NCBI GenBank assembly: GCA_964016885.1
Contig: OZ024744.1
Span: forward strand, 101,494,001 to 101,558,000
Reading direction: 5' to 3'
DNA length: 64,000 nucleotides
DNA from: Eledone cirrhosa
Lineage: Eukaryota
The notes beneath the pieces were generated by a model that worked only from the letters and a program-made list of their open reading frames with translations, was not told the origin of the DNA and ran no database searches. Below are positions 1 through 13,617 of this stretch, piece by piece. Positions within the stretch are counted from its first letter, which is position 1; each line of letters begins with the position of its first letter. Position numbers and translations under genes: made by a program.

Positions 1-3000
1 AAAAAGCACCTAGTCCTCACGGTAAAGTGGTCCTGTAGGTGTCATGACAAAAAGCACCCAGCCCACACTGTAAAGTGGTTATGTAGATGTCATGACAAAA
101 AGCACCGAGTACTCACTGTAAAGTGGTCATGTAGGCGTCATGACAAAAATCAACCAGCCCACACTGTAAAGTGGTCATGTAGGTGTCATGACAAAAAGAA
201 CCCAGCCATTACTGTAAAGTGGTCATGTAGGTGTCATGACAAAAAGCACCCAGTCCACACTGTAAAGTGGTAATGTAGGTGTCAACTAAAAGCACCCAGT
301 CCACACTGTAAAATGTTTATGTAGGTGTCATGACAAAAAGCACCCAGTCCACACTGTAAAGTGGTCATGTAGGTGTCATTACAAAAAGCACCCAGTTCAC
401 ACTATAAAGTGGTCATGTAGGTGTCATGACAAAAATCAACCAGCCCACACTGTAAAGTGGTCATGTAGGTGTCATGACAAAAAGAACCCAGCCATCACTG
501 TAAAGTGGTCATGTAGGTGTCATGACAAAAAGCACCCAGTCCACACTGTAAAGTGGTCATGTAGGTGTCATGACAAAAAGCACCCAGTCCACACTATAAA
601 GTAGTCATGTAGGTGCCACATCAAAAAGCACCCAGTCCACACTGTAAAATGGTCATGTAGGTTTTATGACAAAAATTGCCCAGTCCACACTGTAAAGTGG
701 TCATGTAGGTGTCATGACAAAAAGAACCCAGTGCTCACTCTAAAGTGGTCATGTAGGTGTCATGACGAAAAGAACTCAGTCCACGCTGTAAAGTGGTCAC
801 GTAGGTGTCAAGACAAAAAGCACCCAGTCCACACTTTAAAGTGGTCATGTACGTGTCATCACAAAAAGCAGCCAGTCCGCACTGTAAAGTGGTCATGTAG
901 GTTTTATGACAAAAAGTGCCCAGTCCACACTCTAAAGTGGTCATGTAGGTGTCATGACAAAAAGCACCCAATCCACAGTGTAAAGGGGTCATGTATGTGT
1001 CATGCCAAAAAGTAGCTAGTACTCATTCTAATGTGGTTATGTAGGTGTCATGACTAAAAGAACCCAGTACTCACTGTGAAAGTGGTCATGTAGGTGTAAT
1101 GACAAAAAGCACCAGTACTCACTGTGAAAGTGGTCATGTAGGTATCATGACAAAAAGCACCCAGTCCACACTATAAAGTGGTCAGTTAGGTATCATGACA
1201 AAAAGCACCCAGTTCACACTGTAAAGTGGTCATGTAGGTGTGATGATAAAAACACCCAGTATACACTGTAAAGTGTTCATGTAGGTGTCATGAGAAAAAG
1301 CACCCAGTCCCCACTGTAAAGTGGTCAGCTAGGTGTCATGACAAAAAGCATCCAGTCCACACTGTAAAATGGTCATGTAGGTGTCATGACAAAAAGAAAC
1401 CAGTACTCAATATAAAAGTGGTGATGTAGGTGTAATAACAAAAAGCACCCAGTACTCACTGTAAAAGTGGTCATGTAGATGTTATGACAAAAAGCACTCA
1501 GTACTCACTGTAAAGGGGTCATGTAGGTGTCATGATAAAAAGCACCTAGTACTCACTGTCATGTGGTCATGTAAGTGTCATGACAAAAAGCACCGAGTCC
1601 ACACTGTAAAATGGTCATGTAGGTGTCATGTCAAAAAGCACCCAGTTCATACTCTAATGTGGTCATGTAGGTGTCATGACAAAAAGAACCCAGCCCACAC
1701 CGTAAAGTGGTCTTGTAGGTGTCATGACAAAAAGCACTCAGTCCACACTGTAAAGTGTTCAGTTAGGTGTCATGAGAAAAAACACCCAGTCCACACTGTA
1801 AAATGGTCATGCAGGTGTCACGACAAAAAGCACCCAGTACCTACTGTAAAAGTGGTCATGTAGATGTCATGACAAAAAGCACCCATTCCACACTGTAAAG
1901 TGTTCATGTAGGTGTCATGACAAAAAACACCCAGACCACATTGTATAGTGGTCAAGTAGCTGTCATGACAAAAAGCACCCAGTACTCACTGTAAAGTGGT
2001 CATGTAGGTGTCATGACAAAAAGCACCCAGTACTCAATGTAAAGTGGTCATGTAGGTGTAATAACAAAAAAGACCCAGCCCACACTGTAAAGTGTTCATG
2101 TAGGTGTCATGACAAATAGCACCCAGTACTCACTGTAATGTGGTCATGTAGATGTCATGACAAAAAGCACCCAGTACTCACAGTAAAGTGGTCCTGTGGG
2201 TGTCATGACAAAAAGCACCCAGTCCAAACTATAAAGTGGTCATGTAGGTGTCATGACAAAAAGCACCCAGTCCGCACTGTAAAGTGGTCAGTTAGGTGAC
2301 ATGACAAAAAGCACCCTGTCCACACTGTAAAGTGGTCATGTAGGTGTGATGGTAAAAAGCACCCAGTATACACTGTAAAGTGTTCATGTAGGTATCATGA
2401 GAAAAAGCACTCAGTCCACACTGTAAAGTGTTCAGTTAGGAGTCATGACAAAAAGCACCCAGTCCACACTGTAAAGTGGTCATGTAGGTGTAAAGACAAA
2501 AAGCACCCAGTACTCACTGTAAAAGTGGTCATGTAGATGTTATGACAAAAAGCACCCAGTACTCACTGTAATGGGGTCATGTAGGTGTCATGATAAAAAG
2601 CACCTAGTACTCACTGTAACGTGGTCATGTAGGTCTCATGACAAAAAGCACCCAGTACTCACTGTAAAGTGGTCATGTAGGTGTCATGACAAAAGGCACG
2701 CAGCCCACACTGTAAAGTGGTCATGTACGTGTCATGACAAAAAGCACCCAGTACACACTGTAAAGTGGTCTTGTAGGTGTCATGATAAAAAGCAGTCAGT
2801 CCACACTGTAAAGTGTTCAGTTAGGTGTCATGACAAAAAACACCCAGTCCACACCGTTAAGTAGTCATGTAGGAGTCACAACAAAAAGCATCCAGTACTT
2901 ACTGTAAAAATGGTCATGTAGATGTCATGACAAAAAGCACCCATTCCACACTGTAAAGTGGTCATGTAGGTGTCATGACAAAAAGCACCCAGTCCGCACC

Positions 3001-6000
3001 GTAAAGTGGTCGTGTAGGTGTGCTGACAAAAAGCACCCAGTCCACACTATAATGTGATCATGTAGGTGTCATAACAAAAACCACCCAGTCCACACTGTAA
3101 AGTGGTCAGTCAGGTGTCATGATAAAAAGCACCCAGTCCACACTGTAAAGTGGTCATGTAGGTGTCATGCCAAAAAGTACCTAGCACTCACTCTAAAGTG
3201 CTCATGAAGGTGTCATGACAAAAAGAACCCAGTACTCACTGTGAAAATGATCATGTAGGTGTCATGACAAAAAGCACCCAGTACTCACTGTAAAGTGGTC
3301 ATGTAGGTGTCATGACAACAAGAACCCAGTACTCACTGTGAAAGTGGTCATGTAGGTGTAATGACAAAAAGCACCAGTACTCACTGTAAAAGTGATCATG
3401 TAGGTGTCATGACAAAAAGCACCCAGTACTCACTGTGAAAGTGGTCATGTAGGTGTCATGACGAAAAGCACCCAGTCCGCACTGTAAAGTGGTCATGTAG
3501 GTGTCATTACAAAAAGCACCCAGTCCACACTGTAAAGTGGTCAGTTAGGTGTCATGATAAAAAGCACCCAGCCCACACTGTAAAGTGGTCATGTAGGTGT
3601 CATGCCAAAAAGTACCTAGTACTCATTCTAAAGTGGTTATGTAGGTGTCATGACAAAAAGAACCCAGTACTCACTGTGAAAGTGGTCATGTAGGTGTCAT
3701 GACAAAAAGCACCCAGTCCGCACTGTAAAGTGGTCATGTAGATGTGATGATAAAAAGCACCCAGTATACTCTGTAAAGTATTCATGTAGGTGTCATAAGA
3801 AAAAGCACCCAGTCCCCACTGTAAAGTGGTCAGCTAGGTGTCATGACAAAAAGCATCCAGTCCACACTGTAAAGTGGTCATGTAGGTGTCATGACAAAAA
3901 GAAACCAGTACTCAATATAAAAGTGGTGATGTAGGTGTAATGACAAAAAGCACCCAGTACTCACTGTAAAAGTGGTCATGTAGATGTTATGACAAAAAGC
4001 ACCCAGTACTCACTGTAAAGGGGTCATGTTGGTGTAATGCCAAAAAGTACCTAGTACTCATTCTAAAGTGGTTATGTAGGTGTCATGACAAAAATCACCC
4101 AGTACTCACTGTGAAAGTGGTCATGTAGGTGTCATGACAAAAAGCACCCAGTCCGCACTGTAAAGTGGTCATGTAGGTGTCATGACAAAAAGCACCCAGT
4201 CCACACTGTAAAGTGGTCAGTTAGGTTTCATGATAAAAAGCACCCAGTCCACACTGTAAAGTGGTCATGTAGGTGTGATGATAAAAAGCACCCAGTATAC
4301 TCTGTAAAGTGTTCATGTAGGTGTCATAAGAAAAAGCACCCAGTCCCCACTGTAAAGTGGTCAGCTAGGTGTCATGACAAAAAGCATCCAGTCCACACTG
4401 TAAAGTGGTCATGTAGGTGTCATGACAAAAAGAAACCAGTACTCAATATAAAAGTGGTGATGTAGGTGTAATGACAAAAAGCACCCAGTCCACACTGTAA
4501 AGGGGTCATGTAGGTGTCATGATAAAAAGCACCTAGTACTCACTGTAATGTGGTCATGTAAGTGTCATGACAAAAAGCTCCCAATCCACACTGTAAAATG
4601 GTCATGTAGGTGTCATGACAATAAGCACCCAGTTCATACTGTAATGTGGTCATGTCGGTGTCATGATAAAAAGCACCCAGTCCACACTGTAAAGTGGTCA
4701 TGTATGTGTCATGCCAAAAAGCACCCAGTACTCACTGTATAGTGGTCATCTAGGTGTCATGACAAATAGCACCCAGTCCACACTGTAAAGTGGTCATGTA
4801 GGTGTCATGACAAAAAGACCCAGTTCACACTGTAAAGTGGTTATGTAGGAGTCACGACAAAAAGCACCCAGTACTTAATGTAAAAATGGTCATGTAGATG
4901 TCATGACAAAAAGCACCCATTTCATACTGTAAAGTGGTCATGTAGGTGTCCTGATAAAAAGCACCCAGTCCACACTGTAAAATGGTCATGCAGGTGTCAC
5001 GACAAAAAGCACCCAGTACCTACCGTAAAAGTGGTCATGTAGATGTCATGACAAAAAGCACCCATTCCACACTGTAAAGTGGTCATGAAGGTGTCATGGC
5101 AAAAAACACCCAGACCACATTGTATAGTGGTCAAGTAGCTGTCATGACAAAAAGCACCCAGTCCAAACTGTAAAGTGGTCATGTATGTGTCATGACAAAA
5201 AGCACCCAGTACTCACTGTAAAGTGGTCATGTAGGTGTCATGACAAAAAGCACCCAGTACTCAATGTAAAGTGGTCATGTAGGTGTAATAACAAAAAAGA
5301 CCCAGCCCACATTGTAAAGTGTTCATGTAGGTGTCATGACAAATAGCACCCAGTACTCACTGTAATGTGGTCATGTAGATGTCATGACAAAAAGCACTCA
5401 GTACTCACAGTAAAGTGGTCCTGTAGGTGTCATGACAAAAAGCACCCAGTCCAAACTATAAAGTGGTCATGTAGGTGTCATGACAAAAAGCACCCAGTCC
5501 ACACTGTAAAGTGGTCATGTGGGTGTGATGATAAAAAGCACCCAGTATACACTGTAAAGTCTTCATGTAGGTATCATGAGAAAAAGCACCCAGTCCACAC
5601 TGAAAAATGGTCATGTAGGTTTTATGACAAAAAGTGCCCAGTCCACACTGTAAAGTGGTCATGTAGGTGTCATGACAAAAAGCACCCAGTCCACACTGTA
5701 ACGTGGTCATGTAGGTGTCATGCCAAAAAGTAGCTAGTACTCATTCTAACGTGGTTATGTAGGTGTCATGCAAAAAGAACCCAGTACTCACTGTGAAAGT
5801 GGTCATGTAGGTGTAATGTCAAAAAGCACCCAGTCTGCACTGTAAAGTGGTCATGTAGGTGTGATGATAAAAGGCACCCAGTATACACTGTAAAGTGTAC
5901 ATGTAGGTGTCATGAGAAAAAGCACCCAGTCCCCACTGTAAAGTGGTCAGCTAGGTGTCGTGACAAAAAGTATCCAGTCCACACTGTAAAGTGGTCATGT

Positions 6001-9000
6001 AGGTGTCATGACAAAAAGAAACCAGTACTCAATATAAAAGTGGTGATGTAGGTGTAATGACAAAAAGCACCCAGTACTTACTGTAAAAGTGGTCATGTAG
6101 ATGTTATGACAAAAAGCACCCAGTACTCACTGTAAAGGGGTCATGTAGGTGTCATGATAAAAAGCACCTAGTACTCACTGTAATGTGGTCATGTATGTGT
6201 CATGACAAAAAGCACCCAGTCCACACTGTAAAGTGGTCATGTAGGTGTCATGTCAAAAAGCACCCAGTTCATACTGTAATGTGGTCATGTAGGTGTCACG
6301 ACAAAAAGCACCCAGTCCATACTGTAAAGTGGTCATGTAGGTGTCATGACAAAAAGTACCCAGTCCATACTGTAATGTGGTCATGTAGGTGTCACGACAA
6401 AAAGCACCCAGTCCACACCGTAAAGTGTTCATGTAGATGTCATGAGAAAAAACACCCAGTCCACACTGTAAAGTGGTCATGTAGGGGTCATGACAAAAAG
6501 CACCCAGTCCACACTGTAAAGTGGTCATGTAGGTGTCATGCCAAAAAGTACCCAGTACTCACTGTATAGTGGTCATGTAGGTGTCATGACAAAAAGCACC
6601 CAGTCCACACTGTAAAGTGGTCATGTAGGTGTCATGACAAAAAGACCCAGTTCACACTGTAAAGTGGTCATGTAGGTGTCCTGATAAAAAGCACCCAGTC
6701 CACACTGTAAAATGGTCATGCAGGTGTCACGACAAAAAGCACCCAGTACCTACCGTAAAAGTGGTCATGTAGATGTCATGACAAAAAGCACCCATTCCAC
6801 ACTGTAAAGTGGTCATGTAGGTGTCATGGCAAAAAACACCCAGACCACATTGTATAGTGGTCAAGTAGCTGTCATGACAAAAAGCACCCAGTCCAAACTG
6901 TAAAGTGGTCATGTATGTGTCATGACAAAAAGCACCCAGTACTCACTGTAAAGTGGTCATGTAGGTGTGATGACAAAAAGCACCCAGTACTCAATGTAAA
7001 GTGGTATGTAGGTGTAATAACAAAAAGGACCCAGCCCACACTGTAAAGTGTTCATGTAGGTGTCATGACAAATAGCACCCAGTACTCACTGTAATGTGGT
7101 CATGTAGATTTCATGACATAAAGCACTCAGTACTCACAGTAAAGTGGTCCTGTAGGTGTCATGACAAAAAGCACCCTGTCCACACTGTAAAGTGGTCATG
7201 TAGGTGTGATGATAAAAAGCACCCAGTATACACTGTAAAGTCTTCATGTAGGTATCATGAGAAAAAGCACCCAGTACTCATTATAAAAGTGGTTGTTGGT
7301 GTAATGACAAAAAGGACCCAGCCCACACTGTAAAGTCTTTATTTAGGTGTCATGACAAATAGCACACAGTACTCACTGTAAAGTGGTCATCTAGGTGTCA
7401 TTACAAAAAGCACCCAGTGCACACTGTAAAGTGGTCATGTAGGTGTCATGCCAAAAAGTACCTAGTACTCATTCTAAAGTGGTTATGTAGGTGTCATGAC
7501 AAAAAGAACCCAGTACTCACTGTGAAAGTGGTTATGTAGGTGTAATGACAAAAAGCACCAGTACTCACTGTAAAAGTGATCATGTAGGTGTCATGACAAA
7601 AAGCACCCAGTACTCACTGTGAAAGTGGTCCTGTAGGTGTCATGACAAAAAGCACCCAGTCCGCACTGTAAAGTGGTCATGTAGGTGTGATGATAAAAAG
7701 CACCCAGTATACACTGTAAAGTGTTCATGTAGGTGTCATGAAAAAAAGCACCCAGTCCCCACTGTAAAGTGCTCAGCTAGGTGTCATGACAAAAAGTATC
7801 CAGTCCACACTGTAAAGTGGTCATGTAGGAGTCATGACAAAAAGAAACCAGTACTCAATATAAAAGTGGTGATGTAGGTGTAATGACAAAAAGCACCCAG
7901 TACTTACTGTAAAAGTGGTCTTGTAGATGTTATGACAAAAAGCACCCAGTACTCACTGTAATGTTGTCATGTAAGTGTCATGACAAAAAGCACCCAGTCC
8001 ACACTGTAAAGTGGTCATGTAGGTGTCATGTCAAAAAGCACCCAGTTCATACTGTAATGTGGTCATGTAGGTGTCACGACAAAAAGCACCCAGTACCTAC
8101 TGTAAAAGTGGTCATGTAGATGTCATGACAAAAAGCACCCATTCCACACTGTAAAGTGGTCATGTAGGCGTCATGACAAAAAGCACCCAGTCCACACTGT
8201 AAAGTGGTCATGCAGGTGTCACGACAAAAAGCACTCAGTACTCACTGTAAAGGGGTCATGTATGTGTCATGACAAAAAGCACCCAGTACTCACTGTAAAG
8301 TGGTCATGTAGGTGTCATGACAAAAAGCACCCAGTCCACACTGTAAAGTGGTCATGCAGGTGTCACGACAAAAAGCACTCAGTACTCACTGTAAAGGGGT
8401 CATGTACGTGTCATGATAAAAAGCACCTAGTACTCACTGTAATGTGGTCACGTATGTGTCATGACAAAAAGCACACAGTCCACACTGTAAAATGGTCATG
8501 TAGGTGTCATGACAAAAAGCACTCAGTCCACACTGTAAAGTGTTCAGCTAGGTGTCATGACAAAAAACACCCAGTCCACACTGCAAAGTAGTCATGTAGG
8601 GGTCATGACAAAAAGTACCCAGTCCACACTGTTAAGTGGTCATGTATGAGTCACGACAAAAAGTACCCAGTACTTTCTGTAAAAATGGTCATGTAGATGT
8701 CATGACAAAAAGCACCCATTCCACACTGTAAAGTGGTCATGTAGGTGTCATGACAAAATTCACCCAGTACTCACAGTAAAAGTGGTCATGTAGGTGTCAT
8801 GACAAAATGCACCCAGTCCGCACAGTAAAGTGGCCAAGTAGGTGTCCTGACAAAAATCACCCAGTCCACACTGTAAAGTGGTCATGCAGGTGTCACGACA
8901 AAAAGCACTCAGTACCTACTGTAAAAGTGGTCATGTAGATGTCATTTCAAAAAGCACCCATTCCACACTGTAAAGAGGTCATGTAGGTTTCATGACAAAA

Positions 9001-9883
9001 AGCACCCAGTCCACACTATAATGTGGTCATGTAGGTGTCACAACAAAAAGCACCCAGTCTACACTGAAAAATGGTCATGTAGGTGTCATGACAAAAAGCA
9101 CCCAGACCACACTGTATAGTGGTCATGTAGGTGTCATTACAAAAATCAGCCAGTTCACACTGTAAAGTGGTCAGTTAGGTGTCATGACAAAAAGCACCCA
9201 GTACTCAATGTAAAGTGGTATGTAGGTGTAATAACAAAAAGGACCCAGCCCACACTGTAAAGTGTTCATGTAGGTGTCATGACAAATAGCACCCAGTACT
9301 CAATGTAATGTGGTCATGTAGATTTCATGACATAAAGCACTCAGTACTCACAGTAAAGTGGTCCTGTAGGTGTCATGACAAAAAGCACCCTGTCCACACT
9401 GTAAAGTGGTCATGTAGGTGTGATGATAAAAAGCACCCAGTATACACTGTAAAGTCTTCATGTAGGTATCATGAGAAAAAGCACCCAGTACTCATTATAA
9501 AAGTGGTCATGTTGGTGTAATGACAAAAAGGACCCAGCCCACACTATAAAGTCTTCATCTAGGTGTCATGACAAATAGCACCCAGTACTCACTGTAAAGT
9601 GGTCATCTAGGTGTCATTATAAAAAGCACCCAGTGCACACTGTAAAGTGGTCATGTAGGTGTCATGCCAAAAAGTATCTAGTACTCATTCTAAAGTGGTT
9701 ATGTAGGTGTAATGACAAAAAGCACCAGTACTCACTGTAAAAGTGATCATGTAGGTGTCATGACAAAAAGCACCCAGTACTCACTGTGAAAGTGGTCCTG
9801 TAGGTGTCATGACAAAAAGCACCCAGTCCGCACTGTAAAGTGGTCATGTAGGTGTGATGATAAAAAGCACCCAGTAATACACT
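1..9883 (+). repeat. 48-bp tandem satellite (SatA), forward block 1; consensus GACAAAAAGCACCCAGTCCACACTGTAAAGTGGTCATGTAGGTGTCAT
   Basis: Continuous head-to-tail 48/49-bp monomers. The ORF track shows the matching 16-aa periodicity (KWSCRCHDKKHPVHTV). The array runs off the left edge of the window. Confidence 0.98.
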
Positions 9884-12800
9884 TTATAGTGTGGACTGGG
9901 TGCTTTTTGTCATGACACCAACATGACCACTTTACAGTGTGGACTGGGTGCTTTTTGTCATGACACATAACTGACAACTTTACAGTGTGGACTGAGTGCT
10001 TTTTGTCATGACACCTACAAAACAACTTTAGAGTTGGCTTTGGGTGATTTTGTCATGACACCTACCTGACCACTTTACAGTGAGTTCTGGGTGCTTCTTG
10101 TCCTGACACCTACATGACCACTTTACAGTGTGGACTGGGTGCTTTTTGTCATGACACCTACAATACCACTTTACAGTGTGGGTTGGATGATTTTGTCATG
10201 ACACCTAACTGACCACTTTACAGTGAGTACTGGGTGCTTTTTGTCATGACACCTACATGACCACTTTACAGTGTGGACTGGGTGCTTTTTGTCATGACAC
10301 CTACATGACCACTTTACAGTGTGGAATGGGTGCTTTTTGTCATGACATCTAGATGACCATTTTTACAGTAAGTACTAGGTCCTTTTTGTCGTGACACCTA
10401 CATGACCACTTTTACAGTATGGACTGTGTGCTTTTTGTCATGACACCTACATGACCACTTTACAGTGTGGGCTGGGTGCTTTTTGTCGTGACACCTACAT
10501 GACCACTTTACAGTGTGGACTGGGTGCTTTCTGTCATGACACCTACAAGACCACTTTACAGTGTGGGCTGGAGTGCTTTTTGTCATGACACCTACAAGAC
10601 CACTTTACAGTGTGGACTGGGTACTTTTTCTCATGACACCTACATGAACACTTTACAGTGTATACTGAGTGCTTTTTATCATCACACCTACATGACCACT
10701 TTACAGTGTGGACAGGATGCTTTTTGTAATTACACCTACTTGACCATTTTACAGTGCGGACTGGGTGCTTTTTGTCGTGACACATACATGACCACTTTTA
10801 CAGTGAGTACTGGGTGCTTTTTGTCATTACACCTAAATGACCACTTTTATAGTGAGTACTAGGTTCTTTTTGTCATGACACCTACATGACCACTTTAGAG
10901 TGAGTACTAGGTACTTTTTGGCATGACACCTAAATGACCACTTTACAGTGTTGCTGGGTGCTTTTTGTCATGACACCTAAGTAACCACTTTACAGTGTGA
11001 GCTGGGTGCTTTTTGTCATGACAACTACATGACAACTTTACAGTGTGGACTGGGTGCTTTTTGTCATGAAACCTAACTGACTACTTTACATTGTGGACTG
11101 TGTGCTTTTTGTCATGACACCTACATGACCACTTTACAGTGTGGGCTAGGTGCTTTTTGTAATGACAAATACATGACCACATTACACTCTGGACTGGGTG
11201 CTTTTTGTCATGACACCTACATGACCACTTTACAGTGTGGGCTGGGCACTTTTTGTCATGACCACAACATGACCATGTTACAGTGTGGACTGTGTGCTTT
11301 TTGATGTGGCACCTACATAACCACTTTATAGTGTGGACTGGGTGCTTTTTGTCAAGACATCTACATGACCACTTAACAGTGTGGGCTGGGTGCATTTTGT
11401 CGTGACACCTACATGACCACTTTACAGTGTGGGTTGGGTGCTTTTTGTCATGACACCTACATGACCACTTTACAGTGTGGACTGGGTGCTTTTTGTCATG
11501 ACACCTACATGACCACTTTGCAGTGTGGACTGGGTGCTTTTTGTCATGACATCTACATGACCACTTTACAGTGTGGGCTAGGTGCTTTTTGAAATGACAC
11601 ATACATGACCACATTACAGTATGGACTGGGTGCTTTTTCTCATGACACCTACATTACCACTTTACAGTGTCGACTGGGTGCTTTTTGTCATGACACCTAA
11701 CTGACCACTTTACAGTGTGGACAGTGTGCTTTTTGTCATGACACCTACATGACCACTTTACAGTGTGGGCCAGGTGCTCTTTGAAATGACACATACATGA
11801 CCACATTACAGTATGGACTGGGTGCTTTTTGTCATGACACCTACATAACCACTTTATAGTGTGGACTGGGTGATTTTGTCATGACACCTACAGGACCACT
11901 TACTCGGAGCTTTATGTCATGACATTTACATGACCACATTACTGTGAGTACTGGGTGATATTTGTCATGACACCTACATGAACACTTTACAGTGTAGGCT
12001 GGGTCTTTTTTGTCATGACACCTACATGGCGACTTTTATAGTGAGTACTAGGTACTTTTTGGCATGACACCTACATGACCACTTTACAGTGTGGACTGGG
12101 TGCTTTTTGTCATGACACCTAACTGAACACTTTATAGTGTGGACTGGGTGCTTTTTGTCATGACACCTACATAAAACTCTTTACAGTGTATACTGGGTGT
12201 TTTTGTAATCACACTTACATGACCACTTTGCAGTGTGGACAGGGTGCTTTTTGTCATGACACCTACATGACCACTTTACATTGAGTACTGGGTGCTTTTT
12301 GTCATCACACCTAACTGACCACTTTACAGTGTGAACTGGCTGCTTTTTGTAATGACACCTACATGACCACTATACAGTGTGGTCTGGGTGCTTTTTGTCA
12401 TGACACCTACATGACCATTTTTCAGTGTAGACTGGGTGCTTTTTGTTGTGACACCTACATGACCACATTATAGTGTGGACTGGGTGCTTTTTGTCATGAA
12501 ACATACATGACCTCTTTACAGTGTGGAATGGGTGCTTTTTGAAATGACATCTACATGACCACTTTTACAGTAGGTACTGAGTGCTTTTTGTCGTGACACC
12601 TGCATGACCACTTTACAGTGTGGACTGGGTGAATTTTGTCATGACACCTACATGACCACTTTACAGTGTGGAATGGGTGCTTTTTGTCATGACATCTACA
12701 TGACCATTTTTACAGAAAGTACTGGGTACTTTTTGTCGTGACTCATACATGACCACTTAACAGTGTGGACTGGGTGCTTTTTGTCATGACCCCTACATGA

Positions 12801-13617
12801 CTACTTTGCAGTGTGGACTGGGTGTTTTTTGTCATGACACCTACATGACCATTTTACAGTGTGGACTGTGTGCTTTTTGTCATGACACCTACGTGACCAC
12901 ATTACAGTGAGTACTAGGTGCTTTTTATCATGACACGTACATGACCCCTTTACAGTGAGTACTGAGTGCTTTTTGTCGTGACACCTGCATGACCACTTTA
13001 CAGTGTGGACTGGGTGCTTTTTGTCATGACACCTTCATGACCACTTCACAGTGAGTACTGAGTGCTTTTTGTCGTGACACCTGCATGACCACGTTACAGT
13101 GTGGACTGGGTGCTTTTTGTCATGACGCCTACATGACCACTTTACAGTGTGGAATGGGTGCTTTTTGTCATGACATCTACATGACCACTTTTACAGTAGG
13201 TACTGGGTGCTTTTTGTCGTGACACCTACATGACCACATTACAGTATGAACTGGGTGCTTTTTGACATGACACCTACATGACCACTTTACAGTGTGGACT
13301 GGGTGCTTTTTGTCATGACACTTACATGACAACATTACAGTGAGTACTAGGTGCTTTTTATCATGACACCTACATGACCCATTTACAGTGAGTACTGGGT
13401 GATTTTTGTCATAACATCTACAAGACCACTTTTACAGTAAGTACTGGGTGCTTTTTGTCATTACACCTACATCACCACTTTTATATTGAGTACTGGTTTC
13501 TTTTTGTCATGACTCCTACATGACCACTTTACAGTGTGGACTGGATACTTTTTGTCATGACACCTAGCTGAGCACTTTACAGTGGGGACTGGGTGCTTTT
13601 TTTCATGACACCTACAT
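9884..13617 (-). repeat. SatA inverted block (~3.7 kb)
   Basis: Monomers read as the reverse complement (ATGACACCTACATGACCACTTTACAGTGTGGACTGGGTGCTTTTTGTC) between sharp junctions at ~9880-9884 and ~13617. Confidence 0.97.
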
